Positions 48,201 to 61,299 of a stretch of DNA of 64,000 nucleotides are shown here, in pieces. The notes under the pieces were generated by a model. That model did not search any database and was not told where the DNA came from. It saw nothing but the letters and a program-made list of their open reading frames with translations. Both the position numbers and the translations under genes were made by a program. Numbering within the stretch: position 1 is the first letter of the stretch; each line of letters opens with the position of its first letter. Origin of the DNA: Zygnema circumcarinatum SAG 698-1b (lineage: Eukaryota > Plantae > Zygnematophyceae); contig CM074806.1 of assembly GCA_037447605.1 (NCBI GenBank), positions 1,302,001 through 1,366,000 on the forward strand, in the 5' to 3' direction.

Positions 48201-49995
48201 ATGAGCTTGTGCACCTAATTGGACCACCTTCCTGCAGCCTTCTGAAGAATGTGGGCATCAAAACCGAGCTGTGGAGCAGCTACAGCCATGTTTTGGAGGC
48301 CTTCCGAGAGGACGTTGGGTGGCCAAAGCCTCTGCATGTGAGTTTCGTCCTCCCTTCAGTATGGGGACTTGATTCATTGAAACCGCTCTCACCTGGGCAT
48401 GCATGCAAGCACCGCAATAATGGACTGCTATTAGCATTCTTGGATGGGAAAGGACCAGGATGCCCAAAGAGTTAGAAAGCTTTGCCAGTTGATCCGCCCC
48501 ATTTCAATGTTACTCAATAGTGTGTAGTGTGTAGTGTGTTTGAAGAAGAACATGTTTCGAGCAGGGTATTCAGTTCTGTTTCCCAACTTTGCTCTATACC
48601 TGGGGATGTGGTTCAGGCTCGGTGGTATGTGTTGAAGGAATTCATGGAAAGGCATCAGTACCATCAAATTTTCTACTTTGAGCCGGACATAAGGATTTTC
48701 GCCAACATCACTGAAGCAGTCGACCTTGTGGGTTGGCTCCCTTACCTGGGACACCCTCTCATGCCACTAATATGATCACCAAACTTTTGCAGTTGTTTTG
48801 GGAAAGACTTATAAGTATATATTAGAGATTGGAGGGGAAACCAGTCCCAATATTGAAGCATGTGCTTGAGTGCTGGTTGCTGTTGTACCTCTGTGGGGTT
48901 GCATCGATGGCAATGGCAGACTGATACTACTGATATGCTACTGATACACTACTGATATACTACTGATATACTGCCCGGCACGTGCAGCTTCTTGAACCGG
49001 AAGAGCGCCACGTCATGCTGGTTCAGACGTGGCCCGACCTCGCCGATCCCGCCATAGTGGCGAGAAAAAGTTCGGGACTCGAAACGTGGGGTCAGACCTC
49101 GCTGTGGTCGTACAGAGGCCTGCTCGACTTTCTTGCTTTTCACACGTATTTTTTGTCCATGGACATCTTGTACGGGAGGTCCACAACAAAGTTTCTCGTC
49201 GAGCTTCAGGTGGGATGTTCTTTGCCAAAGGAAAGGTTACTCCACTGGGTTGGAGCTGGGTGCTGTCGTTGAATGGACTGACGTGGCATGGCACTCTTGT
49301 GAGTTCAGTAACAGTTGATGATTTTTTTTGTTCGTCAGCTATGTGCTGCCAGTACGTTTTGATTGCATAGGTAATGTTTGGCCTTTCTGACATGGCTCAT
49401 CTGGAGAAAATCAGTTCTACGTCGACCCCGTGATTTTGGGATGGTACACATACACCGATTGCTGGCGCTGTGGAAAAGCTGCGAAGGTTTGCAAACCGGA
49501 GACGAAGTCAGGATTCACTCCTCACCGTGTGGCACGCGTCTGTGGGAAATTCAACGTCAGGTGAGCCCTGTCTCAGCTTCAATTTGCTGCGCACCGACCA
49601 TGGCTCGGTAAATGAGAGGCTAGCAAGCATGGTCAGAGAGAGCATGCTTCGAATTTTGGATTCAGTGGTCGATTGTTGACTAGGCGCTTTGTTAGACTGT
49701 GGCGTTCTTCCAAAATAAGCCCTCTGAAACGAGTTAGATCGGTCTGGTTTGCAGGTTTAACGTCACTTCAGCAGTGAAGCCACGGATGTGCAACATGACA
49801 TCGTGGTCGGATCCTGGGTGGTGTGTGTTTGGACATGGAAACCCTAAAAAGCTCATGGTGTTTAAGGAGGGGACGAAATGTCCAACAGTGAAAGATTATT
49901 GGGGTTTGCCTTTGTGGCTGGGAAATAACTCGCCGAAGAAAGCCGTAGTCCAGTTTCTTACAGCTCGAGTAGACAACGAACAGCTGTGGTTCTAA
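45273..49995 (+). CDS. Putative type II membrane glycosyltransferase-like (GT-A-like) protein
   Basis: Exon 1 45273-45404 encodes one hydrophobic anchor (LLAGVVACVVLVSIHSL). A low-complexity stem exon lies near 47185-47670, then ARWYVLKEFMERHQYHQIFYFEPDIRIFANITEA (48617+), GQTSLWSYRGLLDF and MCNMTSW, with a stop at 49995. Exon chain only partly resolved; the GT call is an inference from topology and a DxD-like position. Confidence 0.5.
48921..48973 (+). repeat. 11-bp tandem repeat CTACTGATA(TG/CA/TA), about 4.5 units, next to a 3' splice site
   Basis: CTGAT at 48921, 48930, 48941, 48952 and 48963; acceptor AG at 48986-48987. Confidence 0.9.
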
Positions 49996-50499
49996 CGCTG
50001 GCTGGAGAGGTAGGCAGGGAGCACATTTAAATGGGATCTAAAAATTGACGGAATTTTCAATGATCTGGCTTCCTGTGTTGAAAACTTTGCTCGAACTTTG
50101 CTTGGACTGAATTTGTAAGGGGGAGTCATTGATTGGGGTCGGGAGTTCTTCGTGGGGCCACATCCTGCTGTCCTCATAACTTGCAATTTCAGTGCATCAG
50201 CTCGAACCGTATCTATTCTCTGTCTTTAAGATCGTGCAAATGCGACCCCAGACGGCCATGGTGTAGTTTCGAAGCCTCTCTATTTACCAAATTTCTCGCG
50301 GGTAAAAACACTCAGCAAGCCCCCCAGCTTCTTGTCCTACATTATTGTGTCTCTAGAGCTCGACTTCGCCCTGTACTGTGCTCCCATGCTCCTCCTCTGC
50401 GCCTCGTCAGAGCCCAGAGCGCCGCCTCTCCTCGCCTTGCTCCACGAACGCTAAAAAATTGACGGCTTGGGTCCCTGGGGCCCAGCCGCGGAGGAGGCT

Positions 50500-50551
50500 C
50501 CCCGGTCCCCAGACCCCAGTCCCCAGTCCCCAGAGTCCCCAGCAGTCCCCC
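50500..50551 (-). repeat. (GGGGACT)-like heptamer array with seven G4 runs, upstream of the CBS-PB1 gene
   Basis: C-runs on the + strand at 50500, 50507, 50514, 50521, 50528, 50537 and 50547. Confidence 0.85.
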
Positions 50552-50785
50552 AAAAACAAAGGCGCGGTTGCAGCACGGTCCCCGGGACAGTCCCCGTCAG
50601 CGCCAGCTGGAGAAGCGCAGGGACCAGGGCTGGCCCGTCCCCCGTGGCAGCGGGCAGCCCCCCCCCCCCCCTTCCTACTCGGCTCCTGCGCTGCGCTGCA
50701 GAGGAGAGGAGAGGGAGAGGAGGAGCGGGTACCCTCACCGCATTCCCTCTCTCTCGCGCAGCCGAAGTCGCTGATCTGCGGCAGG

Positions 50786-53700
50786 ATGAGCGCTAGTGGC
50801 TCCATCCCCCCGGCAGGCAGTGCTGCCGGGCCGACCACCACAAAGCAGCCAACGAAGAAACTGGTGCGCAAGAAGACATTCGCGACAAATGGATCTGCGC
50901 GCAGGGGCTCGAATAGGTGAGACATTAGTGGCGTGTTCGCTGCTCAGAAGTGAGTGGCGTTCGGTGCTTGGATCCATTCTTTAATCCTTGTATTTTCTGA
51001 CCGAAAAGGAAGAAGCGCCTGAGGTTTCGGCGCTTTGTTTTGTTATTAAACACGGTATCTTTTCCCTTTCGGTTCCAATCAGTAAAGAAGCCTGCCATAT
51101 TGTATTCGTACAGTTCATTCTAGCGAAACTTTTTTCCTTAATCCTTCGATATATTTAAAACAGAGATTAAGTTTGAGGGGCATTTGTACCCTTGTCTATC
51201 TTCAACTAGCTGCGTCGCTTAAACCAGGTGCGATGAGGTTGGTTGTTGATTTTCTCACCTTTGTGAATACAGTGGCGATCGTACCGTACGGCGGTTACGG
51301 CTTTCCAAAGCTCTGACTATTCCGGATGAACTCACTGTCGCTGAAACCTGCCGGAGGATGGCCGCCCGCCGGACAGATGCAGTGCTCCTCACTGACGCCA
51401 AGGGCCTGTTGTGCGGCATTGTGACAGACAGGGTCAGGATCATTTCCTCAAAAGCGGTTCATTTCATGTTTGAGTTAACAGAAACAAGTTATTATTTTGT
51501 CATTGTATCTTTCAGACAATGCGGAACAATGGGTTCCTCAGTGATGCCTTACAATTTTAAGAGGTCCAACTTCGAGCTCGTCCGGGGCAGTAACTCTGGA
51601 GCATATTTTAATTTTAAAATGCTGACAGTCTTGCTTGCTATAAATCTGCATCATATGGGTAGTTTCTTTGTAAGCATGCTAGTTATGCTTTCAATTTGTT
51701 GGGATATCTTTAGGGAAGGAAAGTTTTCGGGTGACTTACATCTACAGGTTTGAGAGTGCTACTTCGTTTTTTGCGAGTTTTTTTTTTGCTTCTTCTGCAT
51801 TCCTGTTTCATTTCTTCGAGTAACTCGTAACAATTTCCTTATCATGCAGGATATGTCAATGAAATTTGTCGGTGAGGGGCTGAGCAATGACACTCCAGTT
51901 TCAAAAATCATGACGAAGAATCCCGTGTTTGTCACAATCGATTCATCCGCAGTAGACGCTTTGCAAAAGATGGTTCAAGGTAAGGCTGGAGAAATGCAAA
52001 TAATATCCACGAATGTTGTTGATGCAGTGCAGGCGATTTATGGGCTTTTCTAAGTTCTCCATGAAGTTACGTTCTGATAGATGTCGAGGATGATTGACGG
52101 AGATAGACCTTCTTGTTACTCATCTCTGCCTTCACCTTCTAATGGGGCAATAGTGCATGATCGTCCTTTGCCGCTTATCACTGTCTCCCTTTGGCCATTT
52201 TTTTCTTTCGCGTGGCTCTTCAGGAAGATTTCGCCATCTTCCAGTCGTTGAGGATGGTGAGGTCGTCGCTTTACTCGACATAACCAAATGCCTTTACGAT
52301 GCGATTGCTCGCATGGAGAAGGCTGCTGAGAAGGGAAATGCGATGGCTTTGGCTTTGGAGGGTGTGGAGCGTCAATATGGAAACACTTCAGGTGAGCCCA
52401 TAGAGAGCCCACCCTAATCTGCTGTTTTGAATCTCCCTCGTTTTTTCACGATCCTTGTCAGGGATACCAGCTTTACTGTAAGTTTGTAGAGCGAAGCTTA
52501 GCATAGAATCCTGCTTATGTCAGCGGCAAAATAGCACAAGTTCATGAGGTCGTTTGTTTGAGTTCCGGAGAAAACTCCTGCGGCCGCTCCCTCCATAATG
52601 GCGCCTGATTTTGGGGCTGACGTGGGTCGGTCCAGCCAACCCGAGCTTCATTGAGACATTTCGGGATAAAATGTTCCGTCCGACGTTGGGGTCGTTGATC
52701 GGCGAACAGACTAAGTGAGTTTGTTTAGCATTCTGAAGGCTATGTTCCTTTACGGGAAGAGTTTGGAACGAGCATACTGTTTTGAAACAAAGACTATGCA
52801 TACCTGTTGAAGTGCTTTGTTTTCAGGTGGAGTGGCCACCAGAGTTTCAAAACTTGGAGATTGGGGCCGAGGAGCCACGAATGCTTAATTCTGTTGGTGT
52901 TTTTTCATTTCATTTCTTTACAATTCAGCAAGCTTTCTTACTACATACATTTTGACACTTGTTTGATGTGGGTACTCTACAGGCTCGCCACAGTTCAAGG
53001 CTCTGATGCTGTCTATGTCGCTGCCAAGAAAATGCGAGAACTTAAAGTGAGTTCCGTCATTGTTACAGGGGAGAACAGCAACAAGCCTCGTGGCATCCTG
53101 ACGTGAGTAATTCAACCGAGAAATTGCCCAATGCACTTTAGTGATCTTGAGGTTTTGTAGATCGAGCGTGATCTGGTTATTGGCTCGTGTTGTTTCAAAC
53201 TCGTTTTGCTCTCACTTCATAACAGTTTAAGTTCAACCCTTCCGCCAGTCCTTACAGAGATAAGAGGTCGTTGTTTGCCTTCTCCAATTTACCAGATAGG
53301 TGCATTTACCTCCTCCTGCTCAGGTCTTAAGGTGTGGCAATCTCTTTTTCTCTTCTTTGGAATTCACAGGAGGAGATAACGTCTGTGTGCACACAGGTCA
53401 AAGGACATCCTCATGCGCGTGCTCGCGCTCGGCCTGCCGCCCGAAGAAACTCCCATTGAGAAGGTGCAGCGAATGCAGACCCCTACTTGCCGTCCCTCTT
53501 TCTCCTGCAAGCAAGGGCAAGAAAGGAAAGGCATCCACCCTATGAGTGGCCTGCGTGCCGTTACATGCAGGCCTGAAATGTCTCTCCTTGTGTCGGCCCG
53601 CAGGTGATGACCCCCAACCCCGAGTGCGCGAGTCTGGACACCACTATTGTGGATGCCCTCCACACAATGCACGACGGGAAATTCTTGCATCTTCCTCTGG

Positions 53701-56221
53701 TGGACCGCAGTACGTGTATCTTCTCCATCTAGGGTTTTTGTTCTCTGCATGTGTCTCCTTTCTCGTTGTTTCAGTTGAATCACAGGCATATGGAGGGCAA
53801 TCTTTTTGCAACGTGTTGATTGATCGTGTTGAGGGAACGAGTACTTGTTCATAAGGAGGCTTTTCAGATTTGGCCTATTGTTGACTGGACTACGGCAGTT
53901 CTTTGGTTATCTTTCCATCCCGATTTTTTCATTGGAGCATGTTTGGTTGTGGTTGGGAGCAGGCGGGAATGCTGTCGCATGTGTTGACGTCATCCAGCTG
54001 ACGCATGGCGCCGTGAAGACGGCGGTAAGCCCTCAAACATGACCCACTTCAGTTCACTCGCTTGCAAACGCTCAAGATCTAAGTGGTTTATGTGCTTTCA
54101 CATGTCCTAGATATAAACCGCTATCTTAATGCTATGGCTGCCAGAACCCATGTCGGTCAGAATTGAGAATTAAAACTCACCTTCTGTTGTGTATACCTTA
54201 AAACTCGTTATGGAAATGAGAACGAACGGAACGGTTCTTTGCTGCTGCGGAAGCTCCCTATAGCTCCTGCCTCACACGTGGTGTTTTTTATCCGCTCGCT
54301 CGAGCTGTCTAATCTTCGTAGTGTTGACATCATGCTCTCTCCCTCTCCTTGCCAGGTGGGCAACAGCGGCGGCGGGGCGGAGCAGGCCGACACAATGATG
54401 CAGCGATTTTGGGACTCTGCGCTCGCGTTGGACCCGCCGGATGTGGACGATGACGCCACCAGGTGGGCACCCACCCTCCTGCCGAAACCCACATACAGCT
54501 TTCTAACAGGCCAAAGCAACAGTCACTTTGAAGAGGAGGCGAGGGCTTGGGAAATTGTTTTGTTAAGGACCTGGATCTGTTTGGTTAATGGACATGCATG
54601 CATCTTCCTGACACACAAAAGTAGTAGCTGCAGAACTCCGACTTAAAACAACGAGGCGGGGTTTTGTGACTGAATGCGATTGCGTGCTCGCTGTTGCTGC
54701 CTTCTAACCACGCATAGGGCTCAAAAAGTGATGAGTTTTTCCGTTCGTTTGTGCATTGCGGTGCAGCGTGCGGAGCAGCGAGTTCTCGGAGCAGGTCCCC
54801 ATGGAGAGGCTCGGAGCGGGCCCGCCGGCCGGCACCTTCGCCTTCAAAATGGAGGACAGGAGGGGCCGCGTGCACAGGTTCAACTGCGGTACGCGCAAAT
54901 GGGCTACTGCCGTATCTATTAGGGTTGTGATTGGATTGAGGGCAAATGTTGTGAGATTGAAAATGCGGGCCGATGCGTGTGTGAACAAGAGCTTGGGGCT
55001 GTTTTCAGCTGCCCTACATGCTCGAGCTTTTAGTCCTTACTCGCAAATGCAGATATGTGTTTTGTGCAATACAATGGCATTCCTGTAGCTGATGTCATGG
55101 GGGGGGCGCTTTGTAGGGCAGGATATGTCTGAAAGGTTTTTTGAGGTGGCTGTGTGATGATTGGTCATTGTTTGGCGAGGTGGCGTCTTGCAGGAACGGA
55201 AAGTTTGACCGAGCTGACTGCCTCCATCGCTGCGCGCTGTGGGGGCGACTATGAGAGCGAGAATCCTCCTCTCATCATGGTCGGTTTGCACTCTCAATCG
55301 GATGCTCGCATGTCATTGAGGAATGTGAAGCAATTTGTTCCATGATAATGATTGCCGCGTCCTTACATGGAACTGGTCCCGTACATGATAAGTCTATCCA
55401 TTCTCTGGTGCCTTTTTCTCTATGCGCCTTTGTTTACCCAGTTCTTTGTGCATCGGAAGTGGCCCTACCTGAAAGGTTTGGGTTTGATTCATGTGCAGTA
55501 CATCGATGAGGACGGGGATAAAGTGATGTTGAGCAACGATTCAGATTTGAGTGCAGCGGTTCAGTTCGCGCGGACATCTCACGCCAAGGTGCGCTATGTG
55601 CCTACTATTGGGAAGGGTTCATTCTTGCAGTGGTCATCTGTCACAGCAGAATGGACAGAGAGTGGGCGTGGCTTTTACCAGCATAGTACCATCGTTCTGT
55701 CTAGCGATCATTTCTTTATATCTATCTACCTTGCAGTATGTTCCTTGCTCGGGGTTGATCGTAGTTACTTGCATGTCTTCGTACTTCGCGCTGCTGAAAC
55801 GAGAGTCCCTTGTAGTGCAAGATGCTTTTCTAGCGGTTGACGAAATGGCCATTTACCTGCTGAAGGTGCTTTCATCCCTTCCGCAGTTCAGAATGGTAGA
55901 ATCCCACTTGCAGAATGGTCACGATCGCCGTAAACTCTCCAAACTGTACATTCCTCAGTTGCGTTTGGTTTGGATGCTCTGTTGTTCGCATGTGAGCAGA
56001 GCCTTAAGCTCCACGTGGACTTCACCCGCAAAGAATCCCTTCCTCCCCCGAGAGAGGAATCCGCCGCTACAGTTGTCGGCGCTGCCCCTCTGGGCGGTGG
56101 CCTCGAGGTGGCGCGGCCCCGCGCTGCCTTGAACAGCTACACGCTCTCCGTCCTCGCGGCTACAGCCGTCGCCTGCGTCAGCGTTGGCGTCACGCTCTAC
56201 ATCAGGAGGCGCTCAGCTTGA
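50786..56221 (+). CDS. CBSCBSPB: CBS-CBS-PB1 domain protein with a C-terminal transmembrane tail (CBSCBSPB family)
   Basis: RTVRRLRLSKALTIP, ARRTDAVLLTDAKGLLCGIVTDR, FRHLPVVEDGEVVALLDITKCLYDAIARMEKAAEKG, VMTPNPEC, MHDGKFLHLP, FAFKMEDRRGRVHRFNCG, YIDEDGDKVMLSNDSDL, hydrophobic C-terminus ending at TGA 56219-56221. Confidence 0.93.
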
Positions 56222-57084
56222 GCTGGCCCTCAAGATGCGGGAGGGAAGGGCTCAGGGGGGCTGAGGGGGGGGGTGGGGAAGCTTCTCGGAGCTTCAAGCA
56301 GTCACGTTTATCTGTGCTGACATATCCAGCAGACAAAAAGAAGAGCTTACAGGGGAGGCGTGTAAAAGGTTGAGCTGCCTTCGCTTGCGCTTCCTAAGTG
56401 TACCTAAGGATGGCTTGAACCTATGGCAGCTGTTGCAGTGGGTAAGGGGGGCATTGGGTCGGTGAGGGGCGCGAAGTGCAGAGCCCTAGGAGGCCTGTCT
56501 GCTCGCTTGCCGGCGTAGGGGAGGGCCCTGGGGAGGTTGACAGAGGGAGGGAGGGAGGGAGGGAGGGAGCGTCTGCCATGACCTGATGATGACGAAAAAA
56601 TGAAATCGGTGCCTGCGGTATGTCAACCGGCACCGTTTTTATCCCTATTTCTGTTGGCCCGTCCGCTTGGACTGAACTGGAATGGTGGTTGCGCACTCGC
56701 GGCACATCTATCTGCTTCAGAGCACCGCCCTGCGTCCAAAGCCTTCCCTTTACTGAGCAGTATGGCGAGGGCTTGCAAGAATACCCTCGTGCAGTAGCAA
56801 GCAGATGCAGGGAGTTGGAATGAAGAAAGCAATAGCAAAGTCGCCTGCCTTGTCTTTGTCTCAATCCCTTAAAAATCCTGCGCACATGCGGCATGTTAGC
56901 CCGGCAGCCTCCCTCCCTGCCTGCCATCAGTCCGTCCCCTCCAGGTCGCCCTCGTCCTCGCCCTCCCATGGCGGACTACCACCTCGACTTGCCTCCTTGA
57001 AGCTTAGGAAGCGCCCCTCTCTCTCACACCAAGCTTGGCGGCCCACTCCATGTCCCGAAATCCGTTGAATTCAACGCGCAAAAA

Positions 57085-57130
57085 ACGCGAACACGAACGC
57101 GAACGCGAACGCGAACGAATGCGAACGCGA
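57085..57130 (+). repeat. (GAACGC)n hexamer repeat, about 7 imperfect units, upstream of CYBDOM copy 3
   Basis: Direct reading. Confidence 0.85.
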
Positions 57131-57472
57131 TGCACGGAACGCCCATCTCCGAATCTAGAGGCGCCGCCGAATCCTTCCTTCCTCCGAGGTCCCATTGGCT
57201 CGCCCCGGATACCGTACGAACATCTGCCACGTGGAGGCCCCACGCGGGGCCTATGTCCACGTGGCGCCTAGAGCACAATATTGTGGGTGTCGGCGGGTCC
57301 AATCTCGCCGTCGGGTCAACGGGACGATTGCCGATGTCAGTACCGTCTGTACGAGCACTGTACGAAAAAGTAACCGTACGGACGTGAAGGCCAGTCTCAG
57401 TGTACGGATGCAAGGCCCGGCGGCCCCTGCGCGGCGGCGCCACTGTCGCTGCCGGCCGGGGGGGGAGCAGCC

Positions 57473-59938
57473 ATGGCGGCACTGGGGGGGGCCGCTACAG
57501 CGGCGCTCATGGCGGCGCTGGTTTCTGTGGCGGCTGTCAGTGGCCAGACGCAGTGCTACACGTCGTACAGCTTCGTGCCGGGGAGCAACTACAGCACCTG
57601 CGCCGTCTTGAACGACAACTCCACGCTCGCGTGGACGCTCGACAGGACGGACAACGAAAACAAGGTCCTGCACGGGCTGTTCGTCTCCGTGGCGAGGGAG
57701 AGGGGGGGATGGGTTTCGTGGGGAGTTAATCTGGAGGACAAGATCGGTGCGATGGCGCCGTCTTCTGTCCTCGCGTGCTACGGAGGGGCTTCCGGGGCGG
57801 TGCTGCAGCAGCTCTACCTATCGTCCTCTAAAGGATCAGGCGTGGCGGTAGACAACAGCACAATGTATATGGATTTCAATAGTAAAGAGTGCCTAATTGA
57901 CGGTGCATATTCCCTGGGGGAGAGGATCTTCATCAAGTTTAGCGTAATCCTTGGCTCAAAGCCGAAGTACGTGGGCGTGTACGCAAGGGGACCCACAAAA
58001 CCTGACGGTAATGGAGTTGCAGGGACCACCATTAAAAAACATTCTGAAGCACGCACTGACATCGCTCTCCATGACTTCAGCAACTTCACAGCTGTCGCCC
58101 TCAGCGAGCCGCCAGCTCCGCCCTCTCCACCCACAACCTTCCCCCCCCAGCCAGGTCCATCTATAGCGGTAAGTAACACCTCCTTCCATATATTCCCCTC
58201 TCGCACATCCTCCTCGTACAGCAAATTCAAGAGACAGCCTTCCGGAGGGTAACATAAGACCCAAATTACTTGATCAACATATCCGACATATTTTCTACCT
58301 GGGATGAGTAACCCGGTGGATTCCTTACCAGAACTGCTAGACTGGAGAGTCTCTCATAATTGTGGGGCCATGGGCGCAGCAGGGGTGCCCTCTAAGCAGC
58401 CCGTTGACTCCGGGGAAATCCTTCAGTGCGTGCTCACCATTGAGTGGAAATGCAGAGCTCCTTTGGTCATGGAGCAACGACACAAGGGCCCTCGACATCG
58501 TCTTCTCCCTGAAGCCGAAAGAAGCAGGGCAGTGGGTTGCATGGGGAGTGAACCACGAAGGCAGGGAACGGATGTATCCATCAAGCGTTTTCGCATGCTA
58601 CCCCACCTCGGCAGGGGTGAAGGTTTCGCAGTACTATCTGGCGGGAGTGGAAGGGAGTAAAGTGAGCCTCGGGGGGTTGCTGAACGCGAGCAGCATATCA
58701 TGCGATGTAGACGTCGCAACCGGAACTGTCAGGATGGCCCTCACTATGCCGTTAGGCGAGCCTCGATGGGCGACAATATGGGGCTACGGCCCTGTTGCTG
58801 ATGCCGATGCGGGGGAACTCGGCAAACACTGCAGCGACTGCGTTTACCACGCACCTGTGAAGGACTTCAGCAACTACCTAATCTTGACGCCTTCCCACCA
58901 CTCTACCAAGAGCCTCAAAATCGTAAGTGCTCCTGTGCCGTTTCCCCTTATCGACCCCCACCCCCTCCCCCCCCCCCCTCCCCCCCCAAACCGGCAACCT
59001 TCTACATTCGAGACAAGGGGTAATTGCGAGAGATTGCTAATGTAGTGCTCCTTGTGCCCGAGCAGACCCACGGCTTCCTGGGCGGCATTGGGTGGGGCGT
59101 CCTGCTGCCCGCGGGCGCTATGGTGGCGCGGTACATGAAGGGCCCGGCGGGCCCCTCGTGGTTCTATCTGCACGCGGCGGTGCAGGCGGGCGGCTATGGC
59201 CTCGGCGTGGCGGCCTTCGGCTTCGGCGTCCGCCTGCGCGCCCTCCGCGAGAGGGCTCCCGCGCACTTCGCCCTCGCGCTCGCCATCGTCGTCCTCGCCA
59301 CTCTGCAGGTCGGTCAGGGCTTGCGGAATAGGGCAACTGCATGGCTGTTCACGGCGGAAACACTGAAATACGAGGATGGTTTGAAATTGAAGGCGGGAGG
59401 GTCTTCAACGTGGAGGAACTGGGCATCGTGTGCACGCGCTGCGACAGTAGACATCAGGGTAGTCGATGTCAAGGAGGTCGACAACAGAGGCATGTCTAAA
59501 GGGCATTGGAGGAAATGGTATTTCAGATTGCTGGGGTGGCCGTGAAGCCGCACAAGAAGGCGCGCAGGCGCATGCTCTGGAACGTGTGGCATTGGGCGGC
59601 AGGATATGGCATCGTTGCGCTGAGCGTCTCCAACGTCTTCATTGGACTGCGCCTCCTCGAGGTGAGTGAGCCTGCACTCGGCTGCATTCTAGCGTGGAGG
59701 GCCTCCGTCTGCCCTCCAAATCCTTTTACCGTGCGTACAATCTTATTTCACTTATCGCAGAGCTTCAAAGGGGACTGATAAACGAAAGCATACAAACCAT
59801 CACTGAAGAGTGAATGAAGCAAAGTATGTTTTGTTGCAGGCTGACAGCAATTGGCGAATCGTGTACATCGTCATCATCTGTGTGTTTGGAGGGCTCGCGT
59901 TGCTGTTAGAGGTGCTTTCATGGGCGACGTGGCTGTAA
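57473..59938 (+). CDS. CYBDOM copy 3 (diverged double-DOMON + cytochrome b561 paralog)
   Basis: Exons 57473-58168, 58380/58383-58922, 59066-59308, 59527-59661, 59840-59938. Same intron positions and phases as copies 1 and 2; four b561 His conserved (THGFL, WFYLH, AHFAL, WNVWH). Confidence 0.9.
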
Positions 59939-61299
59939 ATGAAGCGGCGGATGAATGCACTGCAGCCCCTCCAGACCGCAAATAATGATATTAGCAGCCC
60001 ACATTAAGGAGTCCAGGATCCCATTTTCGCTCGTCACACACAGAAGACGAGCGAAAGCAGTTGTTACGTGTACTAGCCCTTCTGCTTCTTGGAGGCAACA
60101 GACGCTGCACATTAAGCTGCATTTTACTATTTTGAAGCCCCTCTTCTTCTGCGAGGCTACTATAGGGAATCATGCATTCTGAATCCTATTTACTGGAGAC
60201 TCTCTTGCAGACATTTACAAATTGTTTCAACGATATGCCTGATGCGTGAAGCTCAGGCATCATGTAGTGACAAAAAAACAACGAGAGATCAGCAGGAGTC
60301 ACATGTGCCCAATCCTGGAAAGGTATTTGTGTTATGGAAAACCCCTCATGGCGGTGGAGCTGCCACGGCCTTCAGAAGCGCATGATATGCATTTCGAACA
60401 AAAAAAGAGTATGCAGGATCATGCAGCTTATATTTCATGTCGAGTTAAGAAACCTTTCTCATGACTTCCCATCATCGGATTCCATTGCTTTCAATTTTAC
60501 TTTCTCAAGTACAGTACCTTCCTTCCAAGCCCTGAATGCATGCCTGCTTCTCCACGCATAACACACAGTTAGGCCTTTGAACGCTAACTCTATTCAATTT
60601 CTGTGATCAAATTGTTTTTCTACTCGCTGTATGTCAATTTATCATATTATGAGTCATTTTTTAGGGATTTCTTCTTCTTCAGCACGTTCAACGGAGTCAC
60701 AAGATGAGGTTAAGTATAACACATGCAGTGCCACTGCTCATGTTGCTGCAAACTCCGGCGAGGCTACCATAGATTCTCCACTTTTCCTTTTCTGGGGCAG
60801 TTGTAAAGAGAAGCGGAGTTCGTAGACGCAAGATACGAGAAATCTCCAACAGCTTTACCGAGTTGCCAGTTTCACCTAACGGTGTACAAAAATGGAGGCG
60901 GCAGGTTGTCAGTGCCTTCCATGCCCGACGCGTAAGCATAGTCGCGGAAATTGCTATTCGCCATTTATCAAGCCTGGGAAATTCCTTCTCCTCCGCTCTG
61001 CTGAGATGGGAAGGCAGCGCTCGTTTCTGACTCTTCCTCTCACTCCATTACTGCTTCTGCACTCAGTGAAGGCGACGAGCTCGTCAGGAGGGCGGGGCTG
61101 CACTGAGCGTAAACCGTGACGAGATGGACCAATCACAGCATGCCACCTCAGAAATCATGCCCAGGTGGTGAGCTGTGATTCGCTGTACACAGCGCAGGCG
61201 CTGCTGCAAGTGCCGCTGCTCCCTCCGCCGTGAGGGGGATGCTCCTCGACGTGCATCCTGCACCGCATTTTGAATGCGGATGAGAATCGTGAAATGCAG

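Noticed and set aside
56585-56676. Possible C/D-box snoRNA (ATGATGA...CTGA with an internal CGGTGCC/GGCACCG hairpin)
   Set aside because: No convincing terminal stem or rRNA-complementary guide was identified.
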